Origin: Alteromonadaceae bacterium
GTDB taxonomy: Bacteria; Pseudomonadota; Gammaproteobacteria; Enterobacterales; Alteromonadaceae
NCBI GenBank assembly: GCA_041937835.1
Contig: JBGTXC010000001.1
Location: 1 to 39,806, forward strand
Direction of reading: 5' to 3'
DNA length: 39,806 nt
Made by a program: the position numbers and the translations under genes. Positions 9,489 to 17,976 of this stretch are shown piece by piece; position 1 is the stretch's first letter, and every line of letters starts with the position of its first letter. The notes beneath the pieces are model-generated. The model was given only the letters and a program-made list of their open reading frames with translations, searched no databases and was not told the DNA's origin.

Positions 9489-9886
9489 TTGGCTTTACAA
9501 CAAAATTGTAACAAAAAACAAACCCGAAATTAGAAACTATTAGGCCAAAAAATCACAAACACATGAATTTAAAGAATAATTAATACTAAAAAGATCGCTG
9601 AGAGGAATAAATAGACTGCAGCGTTGCGTTATTGATAACACCTACTCGTCCTTATTGCTAACAAAGGTATAGGATTAAGTCATCAACAATGTTGCCGCAA
9701 CTAGATTGCTCGATGGTGTGCGGCTGAAATGGTAACTACACACTTAATCTGAAATGAGAAAATACCATTTAACACAATTGGTTAATTTCATTTTAATGCC
9801 GCTGTTAGACGCGATGATTGGTTTTCTTGGAGAAAGATATAAAAAGCGGTTGTTTTTGATGGTAATAACGAAAGAAGAGAAAAATT

Positions 9887-10000
9887 GGGTGGTAGTCTTA
9901 CCAGCCGCATCCCGGCACACAAATCACACGCTGTGGCTGCTCCCTTCCGGGCCTGACCAGATTCACCTGCTATTGTTGCGAGAGGACCAATAAGACCACC
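9887..10000 (-). ncRNA. ffs: Signal recognition particle 4.5S RNA (small bacterial SRP)
   Basis: Minus strand GGTGGTCTTATTGGTCCTCTCGCAAC...TCAGGCCCGGAAGGGAGCAGC...GTGTGCCGGGATGCGGCTGGTAAGACTACCACCC. It has the helix-8 motif with GGAA tetraloop and pairing 5'/3' ends; 114 nt. Confidence 0.97.
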
Positions 10001-10028
10001 ATAGTGGGCCAGAGTTGGCGCAAGGGTC

Positions 10029-10056
10029 ATTATCCAGAGTTTACGCTGGGATTCAA
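10029..10056 (-). promoter_or_regulatory. ffs promoter
   Basis: TTGAAT (10051-10056), 16 nt spacer, GATAAT (10029-10034). This leaves a ~20-nt leader consistent with RNase P processing. Confidence 0.6.
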
Positions 10057-10088
10057 GAGCAAACTCACGTTAAACAGCGAGTTTGCTC
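10057..10088 (-). repeat. Perfect 10-bp inverted repeat after the DUF3014 gene (possible weak terminator)
   Basis: GAGCAAACTC-N12-GAGTTTGCTC with no long U tail. Confidence 0.55.
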
Positions 10089-10102
10089 AGCTTTCAACCA
10101 AT

Positions 10103-10993
10103 TCAATCAGATTCTGACTTTACTAAGCGGCTGCGAACTTGCTTGAGCACCTGTTTTACTTTGGCGGCATTTTCAGGCCCCATGCGCAGTAACTGCTTTT
10201 GCGCGCTTGGCAGTTGCTCCCATTCGGAGTAGGCATATTTATAAGTCACAGATTGGGACACGAGTGGCACACTGCCATTCACACTCGGGGTGGCAAGCAT
10301 TAAATCTATGGCCTGAATTAAGGTATTTTTAAAGGGTTTTTCGTAGCCAATCTCTTCATAGGCTTGGGTTAACAAAGGCTGATAGCGCTCAAACAGGCTC
10401 ACGATTTGCTCACTGGATAACTGCTCCAGCAAAGTCACGTATGGGGTGTAACGCTCATAGCTTTTTGGGTCCATGATGATAATGTCGCCCTCTATCACAC
10501 TAAAAGACTCCGTAGGTGCCACCACGGGCGTGTGCTTTTTAGCGACTTTGCCATCCGCAAGATTATCCACAAACACCACCACGCGGCGCACTAAATCATC
10601 ATTAACCAGTAAATCGAGTAGCGGCGCTTCAATGCGCTCTTCAAGACTTGCCACTACAACAGGAGTGGCGTCATCTAGGCTGGGCAATGATACCTCGCTC
10701 GGCGCTTCTGGTTCGCTACTTGGTGCTTCAATGGGGGTGGCCACACTCACTTCTTCGAGTTGCGCTTCGCTTTCTTTGGGCTCAGGCGCTTGGGTTTGCG
10801 GCTCTGTTTTTGCTACCACATCATCTAACTGTGTGGCTTTTTGCTCTGCTACAGCAGGCGATGGCTGCTCAGGGGCATACAGTATTTGGTAAGCGGCAAA
10901 AAGTGCCACAGCAACACATAAAGTGACTAGCAACACACTCACGGACTTTGCTAACCCAGCTTGCGTCACTGCAGGCGAAAATTTGTGTGCCAT
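10103..10993 (-). CDS. DUF3014 domain-containing membrane-anchored protein
   Basis: N-terminal TM, Pro/Glu-rich linker, LPSLDD, RRVVVFVDN, YERYTPYV, AYEEIGY and QKQLLRMGPEN. Start placed at ATG 10993 behind AGAGGA. Confidence 0.85.
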   Translation of the reverse strand: MAHKFSPAVTQAGLAKSVSVLLVTLCVAVALFAAYQILYAPEQPSPAVAEQKATQLDDVVAKTEPQTQAPEPKESEAQLEEVSVATPIEAPSSEPEAPSEVSLPSLDDATPVVVASLEERIEAPLLDLLVNDDLVRRVVVFVDNLADGKVAKKHTPVVAPTESFSVIEGDIIIMDPKSYERYTPYVTLLEQLSSEQIVSLFERYQPLLTQAYEEIGYEKPFKNTLIQAIDLMLATPSVNGSVPLVSQSVTYKYAYSEWEQLPSAQKQLLRMGPENAAKVKQVLKQVRSRLVKSESD

Positions 10994-11078
10994 AAATTCC
11001 TCTCTTGCTGTTGCAAATTTAATAAAAACCAATATCTTTCAATAAGATGTTATTCATTACAGATGATACTGGGGCAAA

Positions 11079-12236
11079 ATGCAACGTCCGCTGAATCAGT
11101 CTCCAACGGCTTTACTGTTAACCGGCGGTGGTGCCCGTGCGGCTTACCAAGTGGGGGTGCTAAAAGCCATCGCCAGCCAATTACCCCGCACTCATAGATT
11201 ACCGTTTCACATTATTAACGGCACGTCTGCTGGCGCCATCAATGCCACGGCCTTAGGCTGTTATGCTTCGTGTTTTCACCTTGGTGTAAAAAAGCTAGAG
11301 CATGTTTGGAAAAACTTTGCCACCAACCAAGTCTATCGCAGTGACTTTTTACATGTGTTCGGTCACATTTTAAAAAACATGGTGACGAGTTTTCAGTCGG
11401 ATTACATTAATCACCCGCCTGCGAGCTTATTTAATAACTCACCGCTTCGGCGCTTATTGCATCAAGTACTCGAACTCGATCGCCTTGAGCGCAATTTGCA
11501 TCGCGGCCATTTAGATGCTCTCTCTATCACAGCATCAAGTTATAGCTCAGGAGACTCAGTGTCTTTTTATCAAGGGCGTGGGCAAAAACCGTGGCAAAGA
11601 GTTAAACGGCGCGGCGAGCCTACCCGCATTAATATCGAGCACTTAATGGCATCCAGTGCCATTCCCATCGTGTTTCCAAGTGTCAAAGTGCAGCATGCGT
11701 ATTTTGGTGACGGTGCCATTCACCAGCATGCACCACTTAGCCCTGCGATTCATTTAGGGGCGCGCAAAATTTTTATCATAGGTGTGGAGCAACCGTCTGA
11801 CACTAAATACTTTGGTTTTAAACCTCACTACCCCGGGGTATCAAGTATTGCCGGTCACCTGCTCGACAGTGTGTTTGCCGATACTTTGCGTTCGGATTTA
11901 GAGCGTTTAGAGCGCATCAACCGCACTTTAAGCTTGTTGCCAGCAAGGGATAAACACCAAGAGCTCAAACACATAGACACTTTTGTGGTGAACCCGTCTC
12001 ATAACTTTAATGCCATTGCCATGCAGTATTATGAGGATTTACCTTTTGCCATCCGCTTATTGCTAAGGATGATTGGGGTTAAACGCCGCTCAGAGTCTTC
12101 ACTGACCAGCTACTTGTTGTTTGAACATGGCTATACCCAGCAGTTGATTGAACTTGGCTTTCAAGATGGCATGGCACAAATTGATGACATTATGGCGTTT
12201 TTAGAAATCACTGATTATGGCCCTTTGAGTAAGTAG
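11079..12236 (+). CDS. Patatin-like phospholipase
   Basis: GGGARAAYQVG oxyanion loop, GTSAG nucleophile elbow, ASSAIP and DGA catalytic Asp motif. Confidence 0.92.
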   Translation: MQRPLNQSPTALLLTGGGARAAYQVGVLKAIASQLPRTHRLPFHIINGTSAGAINATALGCYASCFHLGVKKLEHVWKNFATNQVYRSDFLHVFGHILKNMVTSFQSDYINHPPASLFNNSPLRRLLHQVLELDRLERNLHRGHLDALSITASSYSSGDSVSFYQGRGQKPWQRVKRRGEPTRINIEHLMASSAIPIVFPSVKVQHAYFGDGAIHQHAPLSPAIHLGARKIFIIGVEQPSDTKYFGFKPHYPGVSSIAGHLLDSVFADTLRSDLERLERINRTLSLLPARDKHQELKHIDTFVVNPSHNFNAIAMQYYEDLPFAIRLLLRMIGVKRRSESSLTSYLLFEHGYTQQLIELGFQDGMAQIDDIMAFLEITDYGPLSK

Positions 12237-14176
12237 TGCTCAGCGCGCTCCACTGGGCGCGGCCGCCCACGTAAGATCACCACATCATTGGGGCCTAGTA
12301 CAAAGTCATCTTGCCATTGGTTCATTTCTTTATCGCCACGGCGAATAGCAAACAACTCCACTCGTTTAGCGCTTAAATTTAAGGTAGCGATGTCTTTGCC
12401 GATGGCCCAAGCACTATCTACCAGCGCCACCGCATGTAAATGCTCAAGCCTTGCCTGCTCAGAAGCACTGGTGGCTTCATTGTCACTTGGGTAGAAGCCA
12501 TGCAAATAGTCATAGCGGTTTTCGCGCTCTTGGCTCACCCGTTTAATAATGCGCTTTACTGGCACGCCAGACATATACAATACGTGCGACACCAACATTA
12601 AACTTGCCTCTAACGCCTCAGGCACCACTTCGGTAACGCCGGCGGCTTTTAGCTCATCAAGGTGCGTATCATCACGCATTCGCACCAACACTCTGGCATT
12701 AGGCGCAACTTGGCGTACCACATCGGTGATCACTAAAGCTTGGTGGTAATCGGCAATGGTGATGATCACCAGCTGTGCATCTTTCACCCCCGCACTTTGC
12801 AAAATATCCCTCTGACGGGCATGGCCAAAGAGCACTTTATCACCTGCTGCATGCGCTTCGGCAACAAGCAATGGGTCAATTTCAACAGCCAAGTAATCGA
12901 TGGCTTCGGCTTTTAAAAAGCGCGCTATGGTTTGCCCAACACGGCCATAACCACAAATTAAAACGTGACCGCGAGGCGGATGAGCCTCTTCATTAAAAGT
13001 ATGCTCAGGGGAGTTGGCTTCAAATAACCATTGGCTAAAACGGGTTGCCCGTTCAATTAAATAGGGAGTGAGCGCCATGGAAAGCACACCCAAAGCAATT
13101 AAAAACGAGCCCATTTCTTGGCTTAAGATTTGGTGTTTTAGCGCTATGGTGACAAGCACAAAACCAAACTCCCCCATTTGGCAAAGCATCACCCCGGTGG
13201 CAAGGGCATCGCGTTTTTTTTCTTTAAAACCAATGGCAATGCAAAATAAAATCAGCCCTTTTGCCACTAGCATGAGCACTAAAGCGCCTATGATATTTAC
13301 GCTGTGACTGATGACATAATGAATGTCGAGCTGCATGCCTACTGTGGCAAAAAAGAGCCCCATGAGGATGTCACGAAATGGCCTAATGTCGGCTTCAAGC
13401 TGATGCCGATACTGACTTTCACCTAACATCATGCCGGCTAAAAACGCGCCTAACGCCATGGATAAACCAAAGGCATAAGTTAAGCCACCAGCGCAAATGG
13501 CCACCAGTAAGGTGGTAAGTACAAAGAGCTCGTCCGTTCTGACTATGGCGATTTCATTAAAGATTTTAGGTAGTAACCACTTACCCACTGCAAATAATAA
13601 TCCGCACACCATGGCGCCTTTCACAAGTGCCAGGCTTAGCTGCCAGATGAGCTCTGCACCGGAGTCATTGGCAAGTAAAGGCAAGGCAATCAGCATGGGG
13701 ACCACGGCAATGTCTTGGAAGAGTAAAACGCCAATGGCAATTTGCCCTTCGCGCTTTTGCATTGTGCCTGTTTCGCTTAATAGTTTTGCTACCACCGCCG
13801 TAGACGATAACGAGGTGATGCAAGCAATGGTAAAACTACTGAGCCAATCAAAGCCCGCCACATACAAAAGCAGATAAAACACGCCGCACGTTAGCACCAC
13901 TTGAAAACTTCCGACACCAAACACTAGGCGGCGCATGGCTAATAGTTTTGGAATTGAGAACTCAAGGCCCAGACTAAAAAGTAAAAACACAATGCCAAGT
14001 TCAGCCACGTAATGCATCGAGGCACTGTTTGCCAGTAAATCCAGCCCAAAAGGCCCAACGGATAAACCCACTAATAAGTAGGCAAGGATGGCCGGCAGAC
14101 CAAGGCGCTTAAACAGCCACAACAGCCCCACGGCAATGATCAACATGATAAGTAAGCTGATAAAACTTCCCGGCAA
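12215..14176 (-). CDS. CPA2 (Kef-type) monovalent cation:proton antiporter with TrkA-N/TrkA-C domains
   Basis: Multi-pass TM region with LSSTAVV, LLFQDI, LGAFLAG and QMGEFGFV; C-terminal GYGRVG Rossmann motif. TTG start with AGAGGA RBS. Confidence 0.92.
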   Translation of the reverse strand: MPGSFISLLIMLIIAVGLLWLFKRLGLPAILAYLLVGLSVGPFGLDLLANSASMHYVAELGIVFLLFSLGLEFSIPKLLAMRRLVFGVGSFQVVLTCGVFYLLLYVAGFDWLSSFTIACITSLSSTAVVAKLLSETGTMQKREGQIAIGVLLFQDIAVVPMLIALPLLANDSGAELIWQLSLALVKGAMVCGLLFAVGKWLLPKIFNEIAIVRTDELFVLTTLLVAICAGGLTYAFGLSMALGAFLAGMMLGESQYRHQLEADIRPFRDILMGLFFATVGMQLDIHYVISHSVNIIGALVLMLVAKGLILFCIAIGFKEKKRDALATGVMLCQMGEFGFVLVTIALKHQILSQEMGSFLIALGVLSMALTPYLIERATRFSQWLFEANSPEHTFNEEAHPPRGHVLICGYGRVGQTIARFLKAEAIDYLAVEIDPLLVAEAHAAGDKVLFGHARQRDILQSAGVKDAQLVIITIADYHQALVITDVVRQVAPNARVLVRMRDDTHLDELKAAGVTEVVPEALEASLMLVSHVLYMSGVPVKRIIKRVSQERENRYDYLHGFYPSDNEATSASEQARLEHLHAVALVDSAWAIGKDIATLNLSAKRVELFAIRRGDKEMNQWQDDFVLGPNDVVILRGRPRPVERAEHYLLKGP

Positions 14177-14201
14177 ACTTTTTCCTCTTTGTATTGGCAG
14201 G

Positions 14202-14223
14202 GCCTGTTGTTTTTTTGACAGGC
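14202..14223. promoter_or_regulatory. Candidate enhancer (UAS) for a sigma-54 activator
   Basis: GCCTGT-N10-ACAGGC inverted repeat, i.e. TGT-N10-ACA, 60-80 bp above the -24 element. Confidence 0.45.
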
Positions 14224-14280
14224 AAATTAGGTCACTCTAAAAACTATAGCAACCACCTGTTTTAATTCTAGTTTAAAGAA

Positions 14281-14297
14281 TTGGCACGGTTTTAGCT
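14281..14297 (+). promoter_or_regulatory. Sigma-54 (-24/-12) promoter of the GGDEF gene
   Basis: TTGGCACGGTTTTAGCT: GG at 14283-84, 10 nt, GC at 14295-96. One mismatch to TGGCACG-N4-TTGC. Confidence 0.7.
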
Positions 14298-14343
14298 TGC
14301 TGTGAGCCAGACGTTCATCATTTTTTCCTAGTAGGTGTTTGTA

Positions 14344-15240
14344 GTGGAAAACGTGCATATTTTGACTCATCAAGGGCTCGCACAAGGGGACTTTGTGCCA
14401 TTTACGCAAGACGCGTTTCGTCGCGAGCCAAGCCTTGATCTCCAACATTTGGTGGTCAAGCTGCAAACCACATTGGATGTGCACGAGCTAATCGGTATTT
14501 ACGCAGGTTTGGCACAGCGCCAAATCGATTTTGTGGGCTTAACCATCCACAGTATTGACGGCTCTTTTGAGGCCAGTTACGGCAAAGCGGAAGGCAACAG
14601 CCAAGTTTTTGACATTAAAGCGGCGGATAAAGTCGTTGCGCGTTTGGCCTACTTTTTTGGTAGCCGCATTAGCCCAACGTACCAAAGCTATATTAAACAG
14701 CTACACCAAGCGCTCGCGTATCCATTACGCAATGCCTTGATGTACAGCCATGTAAAACGCTTAGCCACAAAAGATGCCTTAACTGGACTGGGTAACCGCA
14801 GTTACTTTGACGATTACCTGTTACAGCGCCTTGCTATGAATGAGCGCAAGCAACAAGGCTTTAGTTTGATGATGCTTGACTTGGATAACTTCAAGCAAGT
14901 GAACGACAAACATGGCCACGCCATGGGTGACGACATTTTACGTGAGTTTGCAGATATTTTAGGACGCTCAGTACGTGGCACAGATTGTGTGTTCCGTTTT
15001 GGTGGTGACGAATTTGCCATCATAGTGGATGACAATAATTTTATGGCGAACCAAGTGGTTGCCAATCGTATTCGCCATGCAGTGCTTGCCAGCAAGCTAC
15101 TGAGTGATTACCACGTCACATGTAGCATTGGCTTTACGCAAGCCAATCACATTGATACCAGTAATGATTTATTTGATAGAGCGGATCACGCGCTGTATGA
15201 AGCTAAAAAAGCAGGCAGAAACTGCTTCCGCCACCAATAA
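14344..15240 (+). CDS. Diguanylate cyclase (GGDEF domain) with soluble N-terminal domain
   Basis: DALTGLGNR, DLDNFKQVND.HGH..GD, RGTD I-site five residues before an intact GGDEF, and ADHALYEAK..GRN. Likely GTG start at 14344 (AGGTG RBS); the ORF extends to 14335. Confidence 0.93.
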   Translation: MENVHILTHQGLAQGDFVPFTQDAFRREPSLDLQHLVVKLQTTLDVHELIGIYAGLAQRQIDFVGLTIHSIDGSFEASYGKAEGNSQVFDIKAADKVVARLAYFFGSRISPTYQSYIKQLHQALAYPLRNALMYSHVKRLATKDALTGLGNRSYFDDYLLQRLAMNERKQQGFSLMMLDLDNFKQVNDKHGHAMGDDILREFADILGRSVRGTDCVFRFGGDEFAIIVDDNNFMANQVVANRIRHAVLASKLLSDYHVTCSIGFTQANHIDTSNDLFDRADHALYEAKKAGRNCFRHQ

Positions 15241-15259
15241 ATAACCAGTTTGAACGTCC

Positions 15260-15287
15260 AAAAAAGCCGCTTTGAAGCGGCTTTTTT
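15260..15287. terminator. Bidirectional terminator
   Basis: AAAAAA-GCCGC-TTTGAA-GCGGC-TTTTTT between convergent genes. Confidence 0.85.
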
Positions 15288-15310
15288 ATTGATATTATTT
15301 TTAAGGCGTT

Positions 15311-15667
15311 TTAATCAAACGCGCTGCCAACACGCATATTGGTGATTGCCAGCACGCTGCTGCCCCCTAAAAAGAAGCCGCTGATGAGAGCAACTAAACT
15401 ACCAAGCTCAGGCATAGGCGTTAGCATTACGGTAAGTAAGGGCATTAAAAAGGTAATAAAAAAATAGATTCCGCCTTTACCATACCAATAAGCCAGTAAA
15501 CAGGCACCAGCAACGATGCCGGCAATCAAGGGGTAAACAAGCCCTTGCCAAGGTAAGGTAAAAAGCCAAAGGCTTAACCCAACACCCAATAAGCTCACTA
15601 TCACCCCAAGGTAGGCTTTTGCCATTAACCCTTTTGCGACCGGATGAATTGGCGTTACTGCTGCCAT
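15311..15667 (-). CDS. Hypothetical small integral membrane protein (about 4 TM)
   Basis: 118 aa, very hydrophobic. The ATG and its AAGGA RBS lie inside the tilS 3' end (13-nt overlap). A terminator follows. Confidence 0.75.
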   Translation of the reverse strand: MAAVTPIHPVAKGLMAKAYLGVIVSLLGVGLSLWLFTLPWQGLVYPLIAGIVAGACLLAYWYGKGGIYFFITFLMPLLTVMLTPMPELGSLVALISGFFLGGSSVLAITNMRVGSAFD

Positions 15668-16977
15668 AATCCTTCAAACTCCTCTTCATGAGCTTGGCAT
15701 ACCCAAGCCTGACCATCTTGTGTCACGTAATCTTGATGGAACCAATAGCCCACCACTTGTACGCATACATCATTGTAAAATACCAAAGGAATACGGCTAC
15801 GAAGCCAAGGCGGCACACCCGCTTCTTTAAACCAATGGCTCAATTTATTGCTGCCCGGCTTGCCTTGTGGCTTAAATCGGCTGCTTGTCATGCCAAATAA
15901 AATCGATATTTGCTCATCGTCATTAGGCGGGCGCACCCCCTCCCCCACAACTCGGTTAAGCACTTGCCCGTTGGATAAGGGCACCCGATAGCCAAACACA
16001 TGTGACACAGGCTCAATGGGGGCTTGTGGGAGCACTAAATACAAACGGTCTCGATAACGGCGCAGTTGCTTAGTGCCCAATTGAATTAATACATTGGCGT
16101 CTGCTTTTGCAGCAAACACTTGTTTGTTGATTTCCATCATTTGCGCTTCACTTGGCATAAACAATTGCTCAATTGAAAACCAATGGCGTAACACGTTATT
16201 ACGCCTTGCCACAGAAAGCGCTGCCAACGCACTTACCGAGAGGGTGCCATTAAAGTGCAGCGTTTGAAAATCCGCTTGCGCGTATTCATCAATCAATGCG
16301 GCTTGCTGCTGTAATAGCCTTGCGCTACGTGCCACTGCTTTATTAAAGCCCACAAAGCGCTTAGTAATTAAAGGCAACACGCTTTGGCGTAAAAAGTTAC
16401 GATCAAACTCTTCATCAAGGTTTGACTCATCCTCTACCCACGACAGGCCATTGTCTTTAGCGTAACTGGCAATGGCACTGCGGCTGATGTCTAAAAGTGG
16501 CCTAACTAAGGCATGACCATGTTGATGTTTACGTGGCGCCATTGACGCTAAGCCTTTTAAACCCGCCCCGCGTTTTAATTGCAGTAAAAAGGTTTCGACT
16601 TGGTCGTCTTGATGTTGGCCTAGTAAAATCACGTCATCATCTGAAGCTGCATTCAATAATGCTTGATAGCGGGCATCACGGGCTAAGGCTTCAAGGCTTT
16701 GCCTAGGGCCCCGTTCAAGGACGACAGGAATGGCTTGAAAGCTTACGCCTAAATCAATGCATACTTGCTCACAATGAGACTGCCAGTCGTCTGCATATGG
16801 GCTTAAGCCATGGTTGATGTAAATTGCACGTAGCGGTATTTGATTTAAACGAGCGTAATTACTAGCAAGGTGCAAGAGCACTGTGGAATCTAACCCGCCG
16901 GAAAAGGCCACTAATAGGCCCTTCGGTGGGGTATCGAAAAATTGCGTAAATGCTTTATAAACTGGGTGTATATCCAT
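15655..16977 (-). CDS. tilS: tRNA(Ile)-lysidine synthase
   Basis: SGGLDS PP-loop, INHGL, ARDARY, HQDDQVETFL, EDESN...DRNFLR and VPPWLR. Confidence 0.96.
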   Translation of the reverse strand: MDIHPVYKAFTQFFDTPPKGLLVAFSGGLDSTVLLHLASNYARLNQIPLRAIYINHGLSPYADDWQSHCEQVCIDLGVSFQAIPVVLERGPRQSLEALARDARYQALLNAASDDDVILLGQHQDDQVETFLLQLKRGAGLKGLASMAPRKHQHGHALVRPLLDISRSAIASYAKDNGLSWVEDESNLDEEFDRNFLRQSVLPLITKRFVGFNKAVARSARLLQQQAALIDEYAQADFQTLHFNGTLSVSALAALSVARRNNVLRHWFSIEQLFMPSEAQMMEINKQVFAAKADANVLIQLGTKQLRRYRDRLYLVLPQAPIEPVSHVFGYRVPLSNGQVLNRVVGEGVRPPNDDEQISILFGMTSSRFKPQGKPGSNKLSHWFKEAGVPPWLRSRIPLVFYNDVCVQVVGYWFHQDYVTQDGQAWVCQAHEEEFEGLWQQ

Positions 16978-16980
16978 AAC

Positions 16981-17003
16981 AAAAAGCCGCGAAACGCGGC
17001 TTT
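16981..17003 (-). terminator. Intrinsic terminator after accA
   Basis: Minus strand AAAGCCGCG-TTT-CGCGGC-TTTTT. Confidence 0.75.
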
Positions 17004-17007
17004 GAAC

Positions 17008-17964
17008 TTAACAGTATCCGAACGACATCAAGCGTTTATAGCGATTATCCAGCATATCTTCAAGGCTTTGCCCTTGAAGTACTTCCAAATCGCGTTTTAT
17101 TTGCGCTTTTAGGCTTTTTGCCATGGCATCATAGTTGCGATGCGCGCCGCCAAGTGGCTCTTCAATGACCGTGTTGATGAGATCAAGCGACTTAACGCGC
17201 TCTGCGGTTACACCCATGGCTTCGGCTGCTAATGCAGCTTTATCAGCGCTTTTCCATAGGATAGACGCACAGCCCTCAGGTGAAATCACCGAGTAGGTTG
17301 AATATTGCAGCATATTAACGCGATCACCCACGCCAATTGCCAATGCGCCACCTGAGCCACCTTCGCCAATCACAGTACAAATGGTGGGTACTTTAAGGCC
17401 TGCCATTACTTTAAGGTTGCGGGCAATGGCTTCACTTTGACCGCGCTCTTCAGCACCGACACCTGGGTAGGCCCCCGGCGTATCAATAAAGGTGATCACC
17501 GGCATCTTAAAACGCTCTGCCATTTCCATAAGGCGTAACGCTTTACGGTAACCTTCTGGCTTTGGCATACCAAAGTTGCGTTTGATTTTCTCTGCGGTAT
17601 CACGGCCTTTTTGCTGACCAATCACCATAACAGGTTGGCCATCAAGGCGAGCAACGCCACCAATGATGGCAGGATCGTTAGCAAAAGCACGATCGCCGGC
17701 AAGCTCATCAAACTCAGTAAAAATACGGTCGATGTAATCACGGGTATACGGGCGCAGCGGGTGGCGCGCCAGTTGCGATACTTGCCAAGCACCTAAATCT
17801 GAGAATATTTTTTCCGTCAGCTCAGTGCATTTTTCTTTTAAACGGTTAACTTCTTCTTCCAGACTTAAGTCCAATTCACCGGAACGGCTGACATTTTTAA
17901 GTTCGTCTATTTTGGCTTCCAATTCCGCAATCGGCAGCTCAAACTCCAAGTAATTAAGACTCAT
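17008..17964 (-). CDS. accA: Acetyl-CoA carboxylase carboxyltransferase alpha subunit
   Basis: [28 protein letters not shown] and [10 protein letters not shown]. 318 aa. Confidence 0.98.
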   Translation of the reverse strand: MSLNYLEFELPIAELEAKIDELKNVSRSGELDLSLEEEVNRLKEKCTELTEKIFSDLGAWQVSQLARHPLRPYTRDYIDRIFTEFDELAGDRAFANDPAIIGGVARLDGQPVMVIGQQKGRDTAEKIKRNFGMPKPEGYRKALRLMEMAERFKMPVITFIDTPGAYPGVGAEERGQSEAIARNLKVMAGLKVPTICTVIGEGGSGGALAIGVGDRVNMLQYSTYSVISPEGCASILWKSADKAALAAEAMGVTAERVKSLDLINTVIEEPLGGAHRNYDAMAKSLKAQIKRDLEVLQGQSLEDMLDNRYKRLMSFGYC

Positions 17965-17976
17965 ATGCGAATTGAC

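Noticed and set aside
9005-9886. Site-specific integration (att) at the ffs 3' end
   Set aside because: I found no second copy of the ffs 3' sequence and no integrase or transposase remnant in the window.
9754-10030. ORFs 9754..9993 (+) and 9788..10030 (-)
   Set aside because: Both overlap the SRP RNA gene, which explains the sequence. Neither has a convincing RBS.
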